Source: Phoronis australis | Taxonomy: Eukaryota; Animalia; Phoronida | DNA length: 64,000 nt | Reading direction: 5' to 3' | NCBI GenBank assembly: GCA_002633005.1 | Contig: NMRA01000766.1 | Span: 1-64,000, forward strand | In this document: positions 11,900-25,725 of the stretch, piece by piece | Layout of the letters: every line of letters starts with the position of its first letter | How positions within the stretch are numbered: the first letter of the stretch is position 1 | Position numbers and translations under genes: made by a program | The notes under the pieces: generated by a model | Told to the model about the DNA's origin: nothing | Seen by the model: the letters and a program-made list of their open reading frames with translations, nothing else | Databases searched by the model: none

Positions 11900-14800
11900 A
11901 ATGTAAGGATTTGTAAATTTTGGCCGTCGGCCGAACTAGCCTGTGAACCCTTCTGACTATGGTTAGCACTGCAGGTGTAAAAGAACTCTCTGAACTTCAT
12001 TTCATCTGCACAGTTGATGGCGGGCAGGTGTCATTCCTTGATGTAGTCAATATGTCACTAGTCGATGAGGGCAATTAAGCAGTCGATTGGCTAATGGTTG
12101 ATGACAGGCAGCGATAGTTACAAAGATCCGAACCTAAAGAAAGAAAAACCAATAATGATCAATTAACTACAACTTCACAATTTTCTTACTTCAAATCAAT
12201 TATTTTGTCTAGATTCAAACCAACGTTAATCACCTAAGTCGAAAACTCTGTTTTAAATCATTATGAAGATTTTATGGAATCAGGTATCATACTTCCTGCT
12301 TCCATAGGCCATATCACGGGAATACTTAGGAAATTGGTGCAGAATATCCTTTGCTTTTTTGAGAGATTTGTCAGAACCATTTGTTACTATCGTTGTATCA
12401 CCATCAGTAGAATTTTTACTTCTCGTATTCCACAGTTAATTCCCTTGACTTCATAGTTATTTCTAAGCATATTCAACTTTGAAAAGGTCAGAGGCAATGA
12501 CATTTTGCGTTACACAAAGTTGTGATTTTCACCTAAAATATCTCCAAACCCAAGCACCGAACATTAAACGGGAAACTCCAGGACAATGAATCAAAAACTT
12601 ATCCAAAATCCATTATCGTTACAAGACCCAAAAGTTTTCCGTCTACAGTCGGTGTAATGCAAAATGACACAAAGAATTCTGGTGTTTTCATCAATACATC
12701 GACCAGATAAAAAACCCGGCTGATCTGGGTTTATCAATTTTTCAAGAACTTTCTTCAACCTTGGTGCTTAAAACAATGACAAAACTTTATAATTTGAATT
12801 TACAGGGGTCAACGTTTTTTTTAATTTCTAGGGGCTTCCTGGGCTTTGGCAAAACTGTAATTACCCCCTGAAGTTGTGAATTTGGGAGAGCATACATTTC
12901 AAAACTATACTGAAAGATATACCCGGTAAGTAACCGCTAATTCCTATAGTATTTGGTGAATTAAACAGTAAAAGCATCAATTACTTAACTTTTGTTATTT
13001 TTTATTTACTGTAATGTAACTTCTACTTCTTGCAGGTTAATATAAATATCTAAACTTACTCGATTAATGTTGCTAATTTTTGGACATTTTGAATTTCTAC
13101 AATATCACTGATATTCTCATTCCCACATGCACATTCTCTAGAAGATGATAATTTTTCGTAAAGAGATTTTTAATTCTCTTAAAATTTCTTTTTTATTCGT
13201 CAAATTCACCAGAAGGCTTTATCACCCTAGTTGTTGGGTTGCATAAAACTTCAAAATTGTCCGCTGGATAAGTTTGATTGACGTATGACGTCAGGTGCAT
13301 TGTTCACCAATAACGTGACGCGTAATGATGTGACGCCATTGTTGTTATGCGGCGTATTATTTTTATGCAGCAAGGCCCAAGAAAACAAATTGCGTCAAAG
13401 ATGCGATAAACTATTTTCAAGTGCGCGTCGTAACTATTAGACCTACAAAAGCTGGGGGGACACGTTTTGCAAAGTAAACCTACAACATTAGAGACTGAGC
13501 ATTCAGTGACTTCGAAATCTATGTGAGACCAGTCTCCTGAGAATTCAAGTTGAGCCTTAAAGATAGTTAAACGAGACAGGTCACTCTCAAAATGCAAAAT
13601 ATTTTTGATGCGCTAATAGCACAAAGGCACAGTCCAGGAATATCCCTGTCATCTGTTGTAACTACCTCTCAGTTTTTGTCATTCTCTCGTAATTCCACGT
13701 GGCCAGTGCTTTTTTATTGAGATTACCATTTTTATGTTTATCTGTATTCAGTATATTGTAATTGTGTGAGTCATAATAAATGACCTTATATCACCTATCT
13801 CGGTCTCCTTTTCATCTCTGGTAACGAGCTTGCGACGCACGTATCATTTATTTATTATTCGGGACATATGTCGATCATAAATAGTACATATACTTGCCAC
13901 ATTTAGAAAAGTTCCTGCAAGGGCCTTGTGAGATCAAGCCCTGAACCAAAAACAAAACTAACTATAAAAATGAGGCGCCACATAAGTCATTTATACAGTA
14001 GGAGCATATGTTAATTGGGTACACAAAATACGCGAAAAATGCATTATTTCCGATGTAAACCAATGGGCTAAAGGCGTAGCAGTATGGTATTACAAAACAA
14101 AAGATACAGGGCCAAACACAAAAATGCCATTAGGATGCACAGCAGTAGTCAAAACAAGTGTACCATATACAAATTAAAGTATGGGCCAGGGGACACTACT
14201 TGGGCTTACATGCGAAACTTGGGCACATTGAGCCCTTATGCAAACCACTCCCGAAAAATATTTCTCGCTATGGGCATAAAGGCACAGTGAAATAGTACTT
14301 TTTCATACAAAATGGAGAGCATCTGCGTCGCAATATGGTTAAATTGTCGCCAACTTCGAATGAAAGTAAATTGCTAAAATTGATCTTTGTTCATTTGTCT
14401 GATGGTTAAAACTATTTCACAAATCTTAAAAATGGAAAACATTGACCTGGTGCCTACCTTTCTTTTAAGAAACAAATGAAAAATTCACTCGACAGACATT
14501 GTGTTTTAAATTTGCAAAATTTCACTGACAATACTCACCAGTAGGCATCGCTCATTAAATGGCGTGGTAAGCCTCTTGTTGGGCACAGGTGGCAGGTGGT
14601 GAGTATGGCTCAGGCTCCCCAGGACGTCGGTTCGCAGATGACGAAGAAACCGTCTTCCCATAGGTCGAATGCACTCAGCAGACGGTCGATCTGGTGGAAT
14701 ACAGGAATGTTAGTCAATGTCTCGCATATCTGCTAGCGTTGACGGTAAACAATATAACAGATGAGACATTTAAGGCATGGTTTGTGTTGTTCATTTAACC

Positions 14801-16600
14801 AAAACAAAACTAAAGCAATGAGCAAATAAAGAATTTTTAGGCTAACATCTTTAATTGGCATGTTCCCATATCTTACTTGCTAACGGTCAATTACAAGTGG
14901 TGTAGGGTCGCAAGGTGGTGGACGGGTGGATCTGTGGTCGGTCGACGAAGAGGGCAGCATCCCGAAAAGAACCTACAGAAAAATAAAGTTCATCCATTAA
15001 CAGCAAATTCACAATGGGGCACCTTCAGCAATTTTTCTCACGTGGGCGATACGACCAAGTCGGAGTTCACGTCAGTGGCTGTGGACTATAACATGGCTCA
15101 AATCAACTATAGATTTTGTTCCAAACTACGAATAAAAGTGCGGGGTACAATGCATTTCCCAACAGGCAACTATAAAATGCTTCTTTAGTTTAGGTACGTT
15201 ACAGGCACTTCACAGTGCCTACACTCCTTATGACGCGATTGTTGCACAGTATTACTGTTAATTGAAATATTAATTTAATTTACCATGCATGAATACTTTC
15301 ACATCATTTCGCACTACCACATGAACTTCATGTAAACTTTGTTGAGGTCTCTCTCACAAGACCATAATAAAAGTGATGTCTGTATATAACGTACATTTAT
15401 GAGTGCCAAATAACATTATTAGACTATTCTATCAAATGATTCCCATCAAATGCTGAATTCTTTTCACTTGAAATCAGTTTGAATCAAACTTTATTAAACA
15501 ATGCTACACCTAAATTCATGCGAAGGTAAGGATTGCAAACTGCAATATATTAATACCCATAACTGTCCAGGAGTGTTGCCAACATGTAACATTTGGGTTT
15601 TTCAGCCCAACACTTAAAGCGAGCCTAATTAGGTCAGACTCTGTGTGACAAACCAGTCACAGATTCACAAGTTAATGTTTGTGGGTTAGCCGCGATGTTG
15701 AAGAAAATCTATTTGCCAATTAAACTCTCTTATAGTGAATAGATTTTAATTCAAAGACAGATACTTTTTACTTTTCAATTTTAAAAACATGTTTGTCTCT
15801 TATTATGGTTGGTTATAATTAGTCTGAGGCAGTGAGGCCTATGCAGCAATGTATTCAAATTTCATGCTTGGCGTGCCAACAAACATAATTTTTGACAGGT
15901 ACGTGAGATGCTGATCACTACGACTAGTACGAATTATCTTATGCAACACGTGTGGGTGCATGTGTTGGCCTGCTCACCGGCAATGACACCATTACTGATA
16001 ATCCCACTGCCAAGATACTACCGGATTCCGACGGCACTAATTCCATGCCTTCGCTAAGCAACAAAGACTCAGTCAGTAGATACGAATTTTCATAACGCTC
16101 AGAATCACTGGGGCACTGCAGATTGTATAGCTCAACCGTAGGCGTAGGCGTAGCAGTCGCGCTAGCGCCATGTGCACGGGCAATGTTGCTGCTATCAGCA
16201 AACCGTATACCGTAAAGTGGCTGATGCTTATTATAACAACATGATTGTTACAACAAATGATCTTTGGGTGACCCTCGTCAACACTACAATCCGAATTCAA
16301 TAGTTTTAGGTAATATTTACCCTAGTTCGGTCCAGGATTCGGAGAAGTGATGAAAGCCAACTTTTCGTTCAATGGCGGCGTGACTTGTTTTAGCGGGCTC
16401 AGTGGTGTGATACCCTTTAGTATAGTGGGGACGGGCAGGACAAACGGACACCATGTATTCAAGGGTGTGTGTTCTATATGACCCAGATACATTTTTAAAA
16501 TCGTTATAGCGTGTACCCAACGATATTCTGTGCCACGTGGTGGTCCCTAAATTCGCCGCGCCATATTTCAAGTTTTCAGTGAAAATCGCAGCAACGTGCC
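11900..16600 (-). ncRNA. Putative spliced minus-strand transcript, likely lncRNA (candidate exons ~16321-16600, 14877-14972, 14539-14690, 13898-13940, and an exon running leftward from 12133); 3' end unknown
   Basis: Minus-strand signals: ATTTTTCTGTAG|...|GTAAGA (14877-14972); branch GACTAAC plus TTCCACCAG|...|GTGAGT (14539-14690); TTTTTGGTTCAG|...G|GCAAGT (13898-13940); TTTTTCTTTCTTTAG at 12134; CpG-rich start region with AATATGGCG near 16560; exon 14877-14972 has stops in all three frames. Confidence 0.45.
13258..13866 (+). mobile_element. Putative solo LTR
   Basis: TGTCC...GGACA termini, internal CRE TGACGTCA (13286-13293), CCAAT, AATAAA near the 3' end, related copy at 3780-3995; no target-site duplication found. 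Confidence 0.4.
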
Positions 16601-18619
16601 ATCCGGCGGCCGAGTTCAGTACTAGGCCTAAAGCTGAGACCTTGCTGCTAAAAATCTTGCCAACTATTAAATCGACTATTCTAAGTTAAAATACATGACA
16701 ACATCTCACGTAACCTCGCGAAGTCTTGCTTTTTAGTGAGGCCCTAGCGTTATTGAACGCCACCTTTGTATCGGAAAGGTTTTAGGTTCAAATCATGAGC
16801 TATACCTCATTCAGTGTCCACATAAAACGATAGCCGCGGGCTTCTAGAAAAAATTCTAGTACAGTGAGTAGAAAATCAGTAATAAATTTAAGTGTGGTGA
16901 TCTCTGTGCCCAGCGGTCTATAGAGAGATTAGCCAGTATGGAAGTCTTATTTTTCCGCCGCCGGCTGCGGCTGACCGCCGGGAAGTTCAGCATGACCGGG
17001 TCTGAGTTCTCAGTTCCCCGCCGGCCTAGGTTTCGATAGCCTCTTAGCTATGGGGTGATGCAAAGTTCGAAGAGATTCTAAATGTTTGAGTGCTACATGC
17101 AGTTTTATCAGTAGTCTGTGCTCTTTACTTGGTGAAATCATCCTGTGCGCTTTTCCTGAAACAACTTGGAAATATATTGCGGAACAAGTATGCGAAAAAG
17201 TAAAACGTTAGTAAGACAGAACGAAACTATAAAAACGACAATTGGTTTCAAACAACGGCATTTTGAGATGTTTAGGGTTCCTGATCAGGTTTCAGTGAAA
17301 ATAAAAATTGTCCACGGCATGATCATAGAATTTTCACTGACACTTACTGGCATTAGCATCCCATTCATACGGTTACACCAATGGCAGAGGATGATTTAAA
17401 TCATAAGTTATCGTCGTGACGTGATGAATTTAAACATTTTTGCCCGTTCAAGATATTGTTCTGCGTGGCCTTTTTCGCCTTAATTTAAATCATCCCGGAA
17501 TCTATTATCAGACACTTTATTTTATTGTTGAATTAATTCTTGTTTTTACTCTAAAAAAGTTTGAGCAGAAGTCATTTTCTGCATTATTGCCTAGTCTTTC
17601 ATGTATTTTGGACTTGAGAGCCCCGGATGAATTCTTCTTTTAGCACTGACGTAGTCCAACAGTAGTCATGTCTCGTTTAAACTTTAGTCACAAAGGATTA
17701 TTTAAACCTCTAGAATGCTCACGAGCGATAACATGTATTCTAGATGTGGTTTTCACGATGGTTTCCATTACGGCGGTAAAAAACTAACACTTGAAAACTA
17801 CTGTGTTGGTTCACGTTTTGCGATGAAGCCCTACCAAAATATGTAAACCATTGACATTTTGCGGGAACTCATGCTAGTAAATATTTTGAAAGAGAACTGC
17901 CGTGTCAACAACTCAGCGATAACTAACAACGTTATATCTTAAAGCTAACGCCAACATTTAGCCATTAATGTTGGATTCCGAAGCGTTCGGGGTTTAAAAA
18001 CATTAAAAGGCTCATCCGATCTTCATTGCTACCGAAGGAATTGACAACAAAACTTACTAGTGATAAGAAAATCTGCAATTCAAGAGAAAGGCAAATTTAT
18101 CACAAACACAAAAAGAGTTAAATGGCTGCAATCACACATTTCAAAACTGTCTCACTTGAATGACATCTTTGCTCAGCTTTTTCTATCCTTACCCAACTTT
18201 TTAGTTTTGCTCATTCAAATGAACAATAGTTGACCGTCACATCCCAAATACCCCCAAGCATATGGCCTGCGTCGTTATGCAGTTTGCTGTCAATTATCGG
18301 TGTTTGCCTAATAACCGTTTTCGAAACAACATAACGTCGACTTAACACTTGTTATAAAAGCAGAGTACTTACTGGGTGATGGATCCACAGATGCTGTTAA
18401 GGTAATCTATGGAAGGCATTCTCACTTGTTCAGGCACTCCACACAATATATTTTATAGATCTCTTAGTAGTAATAATAATAAAGGTTTCACAATATATAT
18501 ATAGGTCTCGTAGTAGTAGTAATCAACTGAAGGTTTCGTATATCGCAGTAGTAATCGCCCGTCTCTCAAGTTTCAAACAGCAGTGGTTTTGTGCTTCTAA
18601 TAGCAAGATTCAGTTGAAT

Positions 18620-18860
18620 CTCATTGGCGGGAAATACAAAAGTCACGTGACAAGAGGCTTCGCGCATTCCCGGCACTCCCCGTTGTTCTATTAGATGAAC
18701 TCAGTGGGCAGTGCCGACAAACATAGTTAAGCCACGCCCACCATAGTTACCTGTTGGGGAGTCCCACTGAGCGCAAACCAAATATGGAATTGGGTCCCCA
18801 GCATACGATCTACATGAACAGGTTCTTTTCAATAGAGTTCCCGATGTGGCGCCAAAGTAT
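18620..18860. promoter_or_regulatory. Cluster of promoter/enhancer motifs (CCAAT/E2F, E-box, GC box, CArG, E2F)
   Basis: ATTGGCGGGAAA 18623-18634, GTCACGTGAC 18642-18651, GCCACGCCCA 18731-18740, CCAAATATGG 18778-18787, TGGCGCCAAA 18847-18856. Confidence 0.5.
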
Positions 18861-20899
18861 CACAACAGGCCTTTGGGGGAAGAGGGGAATAATTAATTGA
18901 GCTCATTCATTGATGACTTAATTCACCTCCACTGAGAGCTTTATTCGTGTGTCAGATCGCTTCTGGGTGCCGCAGCTATTGACATAGCACAAGTATAACT
19001 GTATAAGGCGGGTAGAAGGATGGGGGGCAGTAGTAGCTATGAGAGAAAATGTTGGACAAGGAAAGAAAATAGGCCTAGTGGACAAAGAAATTCATTCACA
19101 TTGTGGAGCATTTCAGATGACAAAAAAGTGTTTCATGAGGACTCACTGACGCTGATAAATTTGCCTTGTACGCTTTAACTGTGGGTTTTCTTAGCATTAT
19201 TAACTGCCGTTATACGCGGTTGATTCTAGGATCACTGACTCAGATCTCGAATAATGCGTGTTCGTACATTCTGGTGATTTGTTTTCAAAAGGTTTTATTT
19301 CAAATTATTTGGGCCAATATTTTTAAAGAGCATCATCAACATTTTGGCCCTAAAATAGTCCAATTTTTGTTCAAATAGGTAAAGTAAGCAAAGCAATTTT
19401 AAAATAGTGCAAATGAAAGGTAAAGAAAAAACGTCTGTAAAATTTTTGTTAAAAATTGAAACTCTCTATCAGAAGACAGTCTTTTTACTTCTAAGAAGGT
19501 TTCCCATCTAAATTGGAGCGAAAAATGTGGTAAATTTTGCCCATTTTTTGTGTTTAGCCATTTATGAGCTGCTTTGGGGGCCAATTCGTGGAATGCTGGT
19601 GATTTCATTATATATTTTCTTTTCAGTTTTCTGTATGACTAAGAAACTAAAAAAAATAAAAATTGGGCTTTTTATTTGTTTCCAACTAGCCCAGATGGAA
19701 AGACCATACCATCTCGATCATGCAGCAGCTGTAACTCGTGAACCCCATTAAGGAGCTTCATTATTTTTTTGAAAATATATTTCTATGACTATAATAATGG
19801 TGGGCCTCTATTTTTATTATTTGACTACTACTGGCCCCAGTTGTGGTTTCTATAACCTGATTTCCTCGGTGAAATTTCACAAATTTGGTAAAATTGTTTC
19901 TATCCAGAAAACAGTGGCCTATGTACTATGTTTTCGAATGATTCTAACCGGTGCTGTTCCACCATATATCTAACTTGTGCCCACCCCCACCTCCCCAGCT
20001 GATGCTGTGCCCTGTACGTCCGGCGATCTACTCATTCCCAGTCGAGGTGAGGGTTTCTTCCCGACCGGCGGTACTGGGTTTCTCATGTTACTTATATACC
20101 TCGAACATAGAGAATGATTTTGGCGGATGACATTTTTGCAAGTCCATTAAAGCGTAATTCGTAAAAGATACCCCCTACTAGCTATACTAATGAAACTCAT
20201 TACGGTCTTGGGACGGTCCACCTTGCAAAAGGTACCCACTCATCCAAGGCTTTACCGCGAAGCAGGTGGCGATGTGTCCGCACGTAATACCCCGCTTCGC
20301 TAACCGGTAGCGGTGCTTTTGAGCAGTCATGCAACTTGTTTATAGCGGGTAATCAGACAAGCAGACCGTCAGCCTTCGACGTTCGGATAGACTTGTCGCG
20401 ATTTTTGTGAATTTTGTATATTATATTGACTCTAGTCAACCCTCATTATTGGACCTCGAGCGGGTCCGCAAAAACTTGTTGAAAAAGTACCCCGCGCCTA
20501 CCCGCAATTATTGGCACACGCCCCTCTTGGGTACCTTGTCAATATCAGTGAACCCTCGGAAATACACGGATTCTATACATTCCACTTAATTGGGTCTTTT
20601 GGAAAATTCGTCGAGTGGACACAATGACTACACATTTTGACCTTTGAGTCAAATGAGTTAAAACTCATTTTCTATTTTTTCTAAGACTGCTGTGTTGCGA
20701 CGAAAAAAAACCTCAAAAACATACCGACCGAGGCTCTTGAACGGTCTGCCCCCCCGGCGCGCACCGCCCCGAACAGCCTTGACTCGAGTATTATAGGTCT
20801 AAGGGTTCCTTGAGAACAGCTTTGTTGTGGCGCCTTACCGCTCCCAAGCTGGTTAACTCCAGTTGGTAACGCCCTCAGGATGGCTGCTTTTTGACTGAG

Positions 20900-20945
20900 T
20901 ATTCACAGCGCCCTCTTCAGGAAGTCAACAAAACCGGAAATATAG
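20900..20945 (+). promoter_or_regulatory. Probable proximal promoter of the tetraspanin gene (ETS sites, CTCF-like site)
   Basis: CAGGAAGT and ACCGGAAA ~100-120 bp upstream of the ATG; CAGCGCCCTCTTCAGG resembles a reverse-strand CTCF motif; locally CpG-rich. Confidence 0.5.
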
Positions 20946-21039
20946 TTACGATGCTACAAGTCCTGAGAGAAGTTTGTTGACACCGCCTTTCTTTTTTACC
21001 TTTTATTTTTGTTACTTTAGTTCACACTTTCGTATCAAT

Positions 21040-21114
21040 ATGTGTAAGAAAAGCGATACGTACGTAAATCCGGTGATCAAGTACCTCATGTTTTCATTTA
21101 ACTTCTTTTTTTGG
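21040..21114 (+). CDS. TSPAN33: TspanC8 tetraspanin (TSPAN33-like), coding exon 1
   Basis: MCKKSDTYVNPVIKYLMFSFNFFFW followed by GTGAGT donor; typical tetraspanin N-terminus/TM1 (V.P..KY..F.FN..FW). Confidence 0.9.
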
Positions 21115-24100
21115 GTGAGTATGAATCAAAAACTTTAGCTGGTGTCGCTCGATCGTCAAGATCAGTTAGCGCCGTTTTAGCGCCCGGTTGTTTACAGAAC
21201 TTTGACTGAGCATGATTACTGTTGGCAGTCGTCATTGACGTCAGATACAATGGTTCCTGAGTTCGAGACCCTTTTGTGTTCACTGGAAAAGGTTATCCTT
21301 GTTCAACTCCTCTGAGTCTTTGAAACTTTACCACACTCAAGTCGGTGACTCGTTGCCGTTGGCCATATGTTCACTACCTCGTACCTGTTTAGGCCAGGGA
21401 AAAATAAGCCTAATAAGGTACATGTTTATCAGCCGGGACTCATCAAGACACTGGCGCAGGGGGCACTGTTTACATTGTTTATTTCACAATGTTGCTGGAA
21501 ATGGTGTTACAGATCCTTGGGAGAGATGTCTGCAAGTCGGGGTTGCGCCTGAAATATTTTTGTTTCAGTTTATTTTCAAATGGTAAATGCTTGGTTTTAA
21601 AGGTGGGATCCCTGATGTACACATCACCTCTGGTTCCAGCTCTTTTCTCTGTGCAGCCACATTAAAAGACCACAGGCACTCAACCAGACTTTCCTTCTGT
21701 GTTACTAGAAGATAATTTTTTGAAAGTATTCATCATTCTCTGCAGTTTCAAGAACCTTGTTTAGAATCTGTTCCAAAGGTACGAGCAGCCATGCCAACAT
21801 CACGCGATACTGTTCGAATGGCCTGTTTTTTCCGTATATGTCATACGTAATGTTGACATTATGATTGGCTGACAATGCTTTGAAGGAATAACTGAGAAAC
21901 CACTATAAAGACCAATGCTTACGTTAAGTATTTCAGAATTCCAAAAACGCTTTTTTTCTGGTGCTGTGAAAGAAACTTTGAAAGTAAAATTTATAGTTAA
22001 AATTAGGGGTGGCACATTTTTTGGTATGGGCTGGGACGTCAGACATATTTATTCTTACTTGGCCTTACTTGGCATGTCGAGCTTTAGTTTGGAATGGCAC
22101 TTGAAACTACATGTTGGCCAAATTTGCTTTTACAAGATTTTTATTTGGTTTATCAAGTTACAGTATTTGTTGAATTATCATTATTGAGTGACTGAAAGCC
22201 CACTTCTATCTGTTTCCCGGAACATGAATGACATGACCCTGATCTGGGTTTCTTGAGTATCTGTAACTTGAGATAAAGTTTTCACCGAACGATGACCATC
22301 CATAGTTGGGTGGAAAACTTATTTTTGCACCCAATAACAACACTTTCTCCTGCTTCATAATAACTGCACTGTATGTAGGCTCACTGCAAGTTGCATGGTA
22401 CTGTGTATTGTTTTTTTTAACAGAGATGATTACAAGAACAAAGGTGTGTCAATTGCCTACAATATTGCAATGGCTAATCTAAATTCCTTTTAGATGGAGT
22501 GCACCATATCACATGTCTGGTAGATCATTGGCCTGTTTATCAGCATGGGTGACTGTGGACAAAAAATACACAGGCAAAGCTTTAACACCAGACCAGATCA
22601 ATATTTACATATGAAAACTGTTCTCCCCTTGAGTTGGAGGGATGAGAACCAGGCATCCCAGATGAGAAAAACCTTAGCCCACTTTGACTTGAATTATTAG
22701 TGAAGTGCTGAATTTAAAAAAGGATTTTGAAATGGGACATTTATTTTACATTAGAATTTCAATATGACTTGATTATTTTTTTCACTTGTGCGTACACCGG
22801 AAAGTCACTCCTGGTCTCATCGAAGATGTGTGATGAAATGTCTACTTTATTGACCGGGGTTTATGTCAGTGGCCACTGCTGTGGGAAAGGGAATTTAAGG
22901 CAATTTGCTGAAACTAACTTCAGTTCCAATAATGGACAAGACAGCATTGCTTTGGAGTAATACTGATGTTAAGAAGGTTAATATTTTAAACACTGCAGTA
23001 CGTGATTTATAGTAGCCTCCTCAAAATGCGAGTCTGTAATTGAAATGATTTTCACCTTCACAGTTTTTCTATTTGAAAATGTAACTGCACAAAATGCTAA
23101 GAATCTCCCAATGTTAACATCTTGGCTATATCATCTCATATCCTTTTCATCTAATAAATAGGTAGATACAGAAGTTAAAGCGGCACTCCACTGTTGTTTA
23201 CCTGGTAGTTATCAATGTTGATTTCTTAACCAAAGCAATTAGGTGTTCAATAACACAGTGTGCGAATGAGCCAGTGCTCTGAACTTTCGTGCTTACATGA
23301 GCCATTTTCAAATTGGGCTGACTATCCCCACTAAAGTCGTTGATGGTTTCGATGTTCTTGGTGGTAATGGAAGTAGATGTTGATCCCTAACATGGCAAGG
23401 GCTATTATGAGATTAAGTTAATGAAACTCAAAGGCTTGATTTGATTTTATTGTTTAGCCTAGCTAATGGGGGATGAAATGAAGAGCTATTAATCTTGACA
23501 GGTCATGTACACCAGTGGTTACAGTGCAGGGCTTCAGTATAAATCATCTCCAAGGAGATAGACATTGTAACACATTGGTAAATTATGAATGATCAATTTT
23601 TAGTGTTGAAAATTAATGGAAACATTAAGGAGACATTGTATTGTCTCCCTTCTGTGTTTGTGTGTTTTTCAAGTGTTAACCATTATCTGACAGCTGTTTC
23701 GGCTCGAGTGTGCAAATCAAATCAGCTAATATCTGTGATTTAAAATATGCGTCAATCAGCATATTTTCTTTGCAAAGCCTTATGAGTGGTTGAGGAATTT
23801 TTAAAATATTTACCATATTATTGTTAAGATAATGAAGAACAGCCTGGTGCATGACATGGGACTATAAAGGACAGTTGTGGTCACTGAACAATTACTAGTA
23901 TGAGTTCTCAGCATTGTAGGATTGTTTTACTTTTCATAATTATGATTCATCAGATGCATGTGCACTCTTTAAAACTATTGCTAAGCTGGAGATGGAAGTA
24001 GTAGATTGACCAGATGTCATTCAGAAAAACTGCGTTCAACACCTTGACGCAGGAGCAAGGCAAGCTAACACCGAATACAAGTATTGTAACATGATCCTGT

Positions 24101-25459
24101 CAGCAGTCATTTATTTACACACAGTGCATTGTGTGGTTGTTGTTGTTGTTGTCCTGTAGAAAAGAAGCTTCTGATTATGTATGTGGTTGAAAAACGAATT
24201 TCGTTAGTTAATGCCCATTAGACCTAGTAGGAATTATTTCCTTGGTTTCACTGATCTGAAGAGTTGTGTGCTACTGTAAAAGCTAACCCGTCCCCCTCCC
24301 CGATCATACCAGCTGCACATCTACTCTGCGCTTGTAATAAAGTCCCGTGTGAGTTGAGCTTTGCAAGCATGCAGTATGGTAATTATTCTCTTATGTAGAA
24401 AAATTATTACCTAAATTATCATTTAATATCCACTTTTCAAAGAACATTAACCTAACTCCAAGTAATTGGAACTTTGCCAAATGTTGTTTTATGGCACCTA
24501 CACGTTAAAGCTATGTTAATAACCTTTATTAATCTTTTTTTGCTAAGAAATTTGACAAAATCCGATAACTGAAGAATACTTTAAGTCCACTGCGTCTAGG
24601 AATTGGTTCCTAGACTGTGTCTATCAGCAGAAACATTTGTGCTGCAACATGCTCTACCTCAAAAAGGTTAGGTAAATTTAACTTTAGTCCACACTGCCTC
24701 TTATGTCCATAATTGTGTTCCCAGGGAAAATTGTGCTGCTCTGTTAATGCATCTTTGCACAGAGCTGTTCTGAGTTTCTGACTACTTGCAGGTCAGTGTC
24801 CTTCACACTGAACACAGCTGGAGCCTACTTTAATACCTGGCCTCCAGGCTCCAGGTCTTTTTGGTCAAATAGTTGATGCAAATGCTTTGGCCTTTGTGTA
24901 AACCTTTTCACATGGTTATAGTATCTACAAGGTAATATTGTAATGGACACAGGTTTACTGCATAACTGGCAAGTAACTGGGTACTCCTTATTGTTCACCA
25001 ACAATGCTCAATGACATAATCAAGGGCAAACTTGCCCCACTACTTCACATAGGTAATAAGGTCAACACATTCCACTACCTCCTTGCATTTTTGCGTTTTG
25101 TATAGTTCCCTCCACTTTCAATCTACAAAATTTTGCGTTATTTTTTTGTAACCGAGTGTCTTGATGAATAATCATTTGAAACTTTACACTCTTTGGAACA
25201 TCAAAACAATGACTTTATATATTTAAAAAAAAAAACTACACTAAAATCTATTCATTTTGTGCGAGTATAAATTGTTGTATTAAACGTCTTAAATACAGAT
25301 ACAAAGAATGTTCATTTTTGAAAAACTGAAGCTGAAACTTATGGCTTCCATGAAATGAAATGAGCCATTTTAAAGTTCCAGAAATTGTTTGTGTTGTGTA
25401 CCTTTGTTTTGATTTGCACTTCCAAGTCTTTAACCCACTTCCCAAACAGTTGTCATATA

Positions 25460-25725
25460 CGGTAAACTCACGAGTTAACGCCCTGGGCGCTTAAATTGGG
25501 AAACCCTGAAATCCCATGGGGGTGGGCAATTACCCAAGCAGTGGGCGCTCAAACAGAAAATATGGCAAAAAGCCTGGAATGGCCAATTACCCGAGAGGTG
25601 GGGCTTACATGGAAATTTGTACAAAATAGGCGATGGACCCAAGCTGTGGGCGCTTAAACCGAAAATTGACAAAAAGTCAGGAATGAGCGATTACCCAGGC
25701 ATAGGCGATACCCGTGAGTTTATGT
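25460..25725. mobile_element. MITE with TA-CGGTA-type ends and internal GGCAATTACCC/GTGGGCGCT subrepeats
   Basis: TA|CGGTAAACTCACGAGT ... ACCCGTGAGTTTATGT|TA imperfect terminal inverted repeats. Confidence 0.65.

Noticed and set aside
15190-16100. Intronic snoRNAs within the putative lncRNA
   Set aside because: Only small hairpins seen; no convincing C/D or H/ACA box pair on the minus strand
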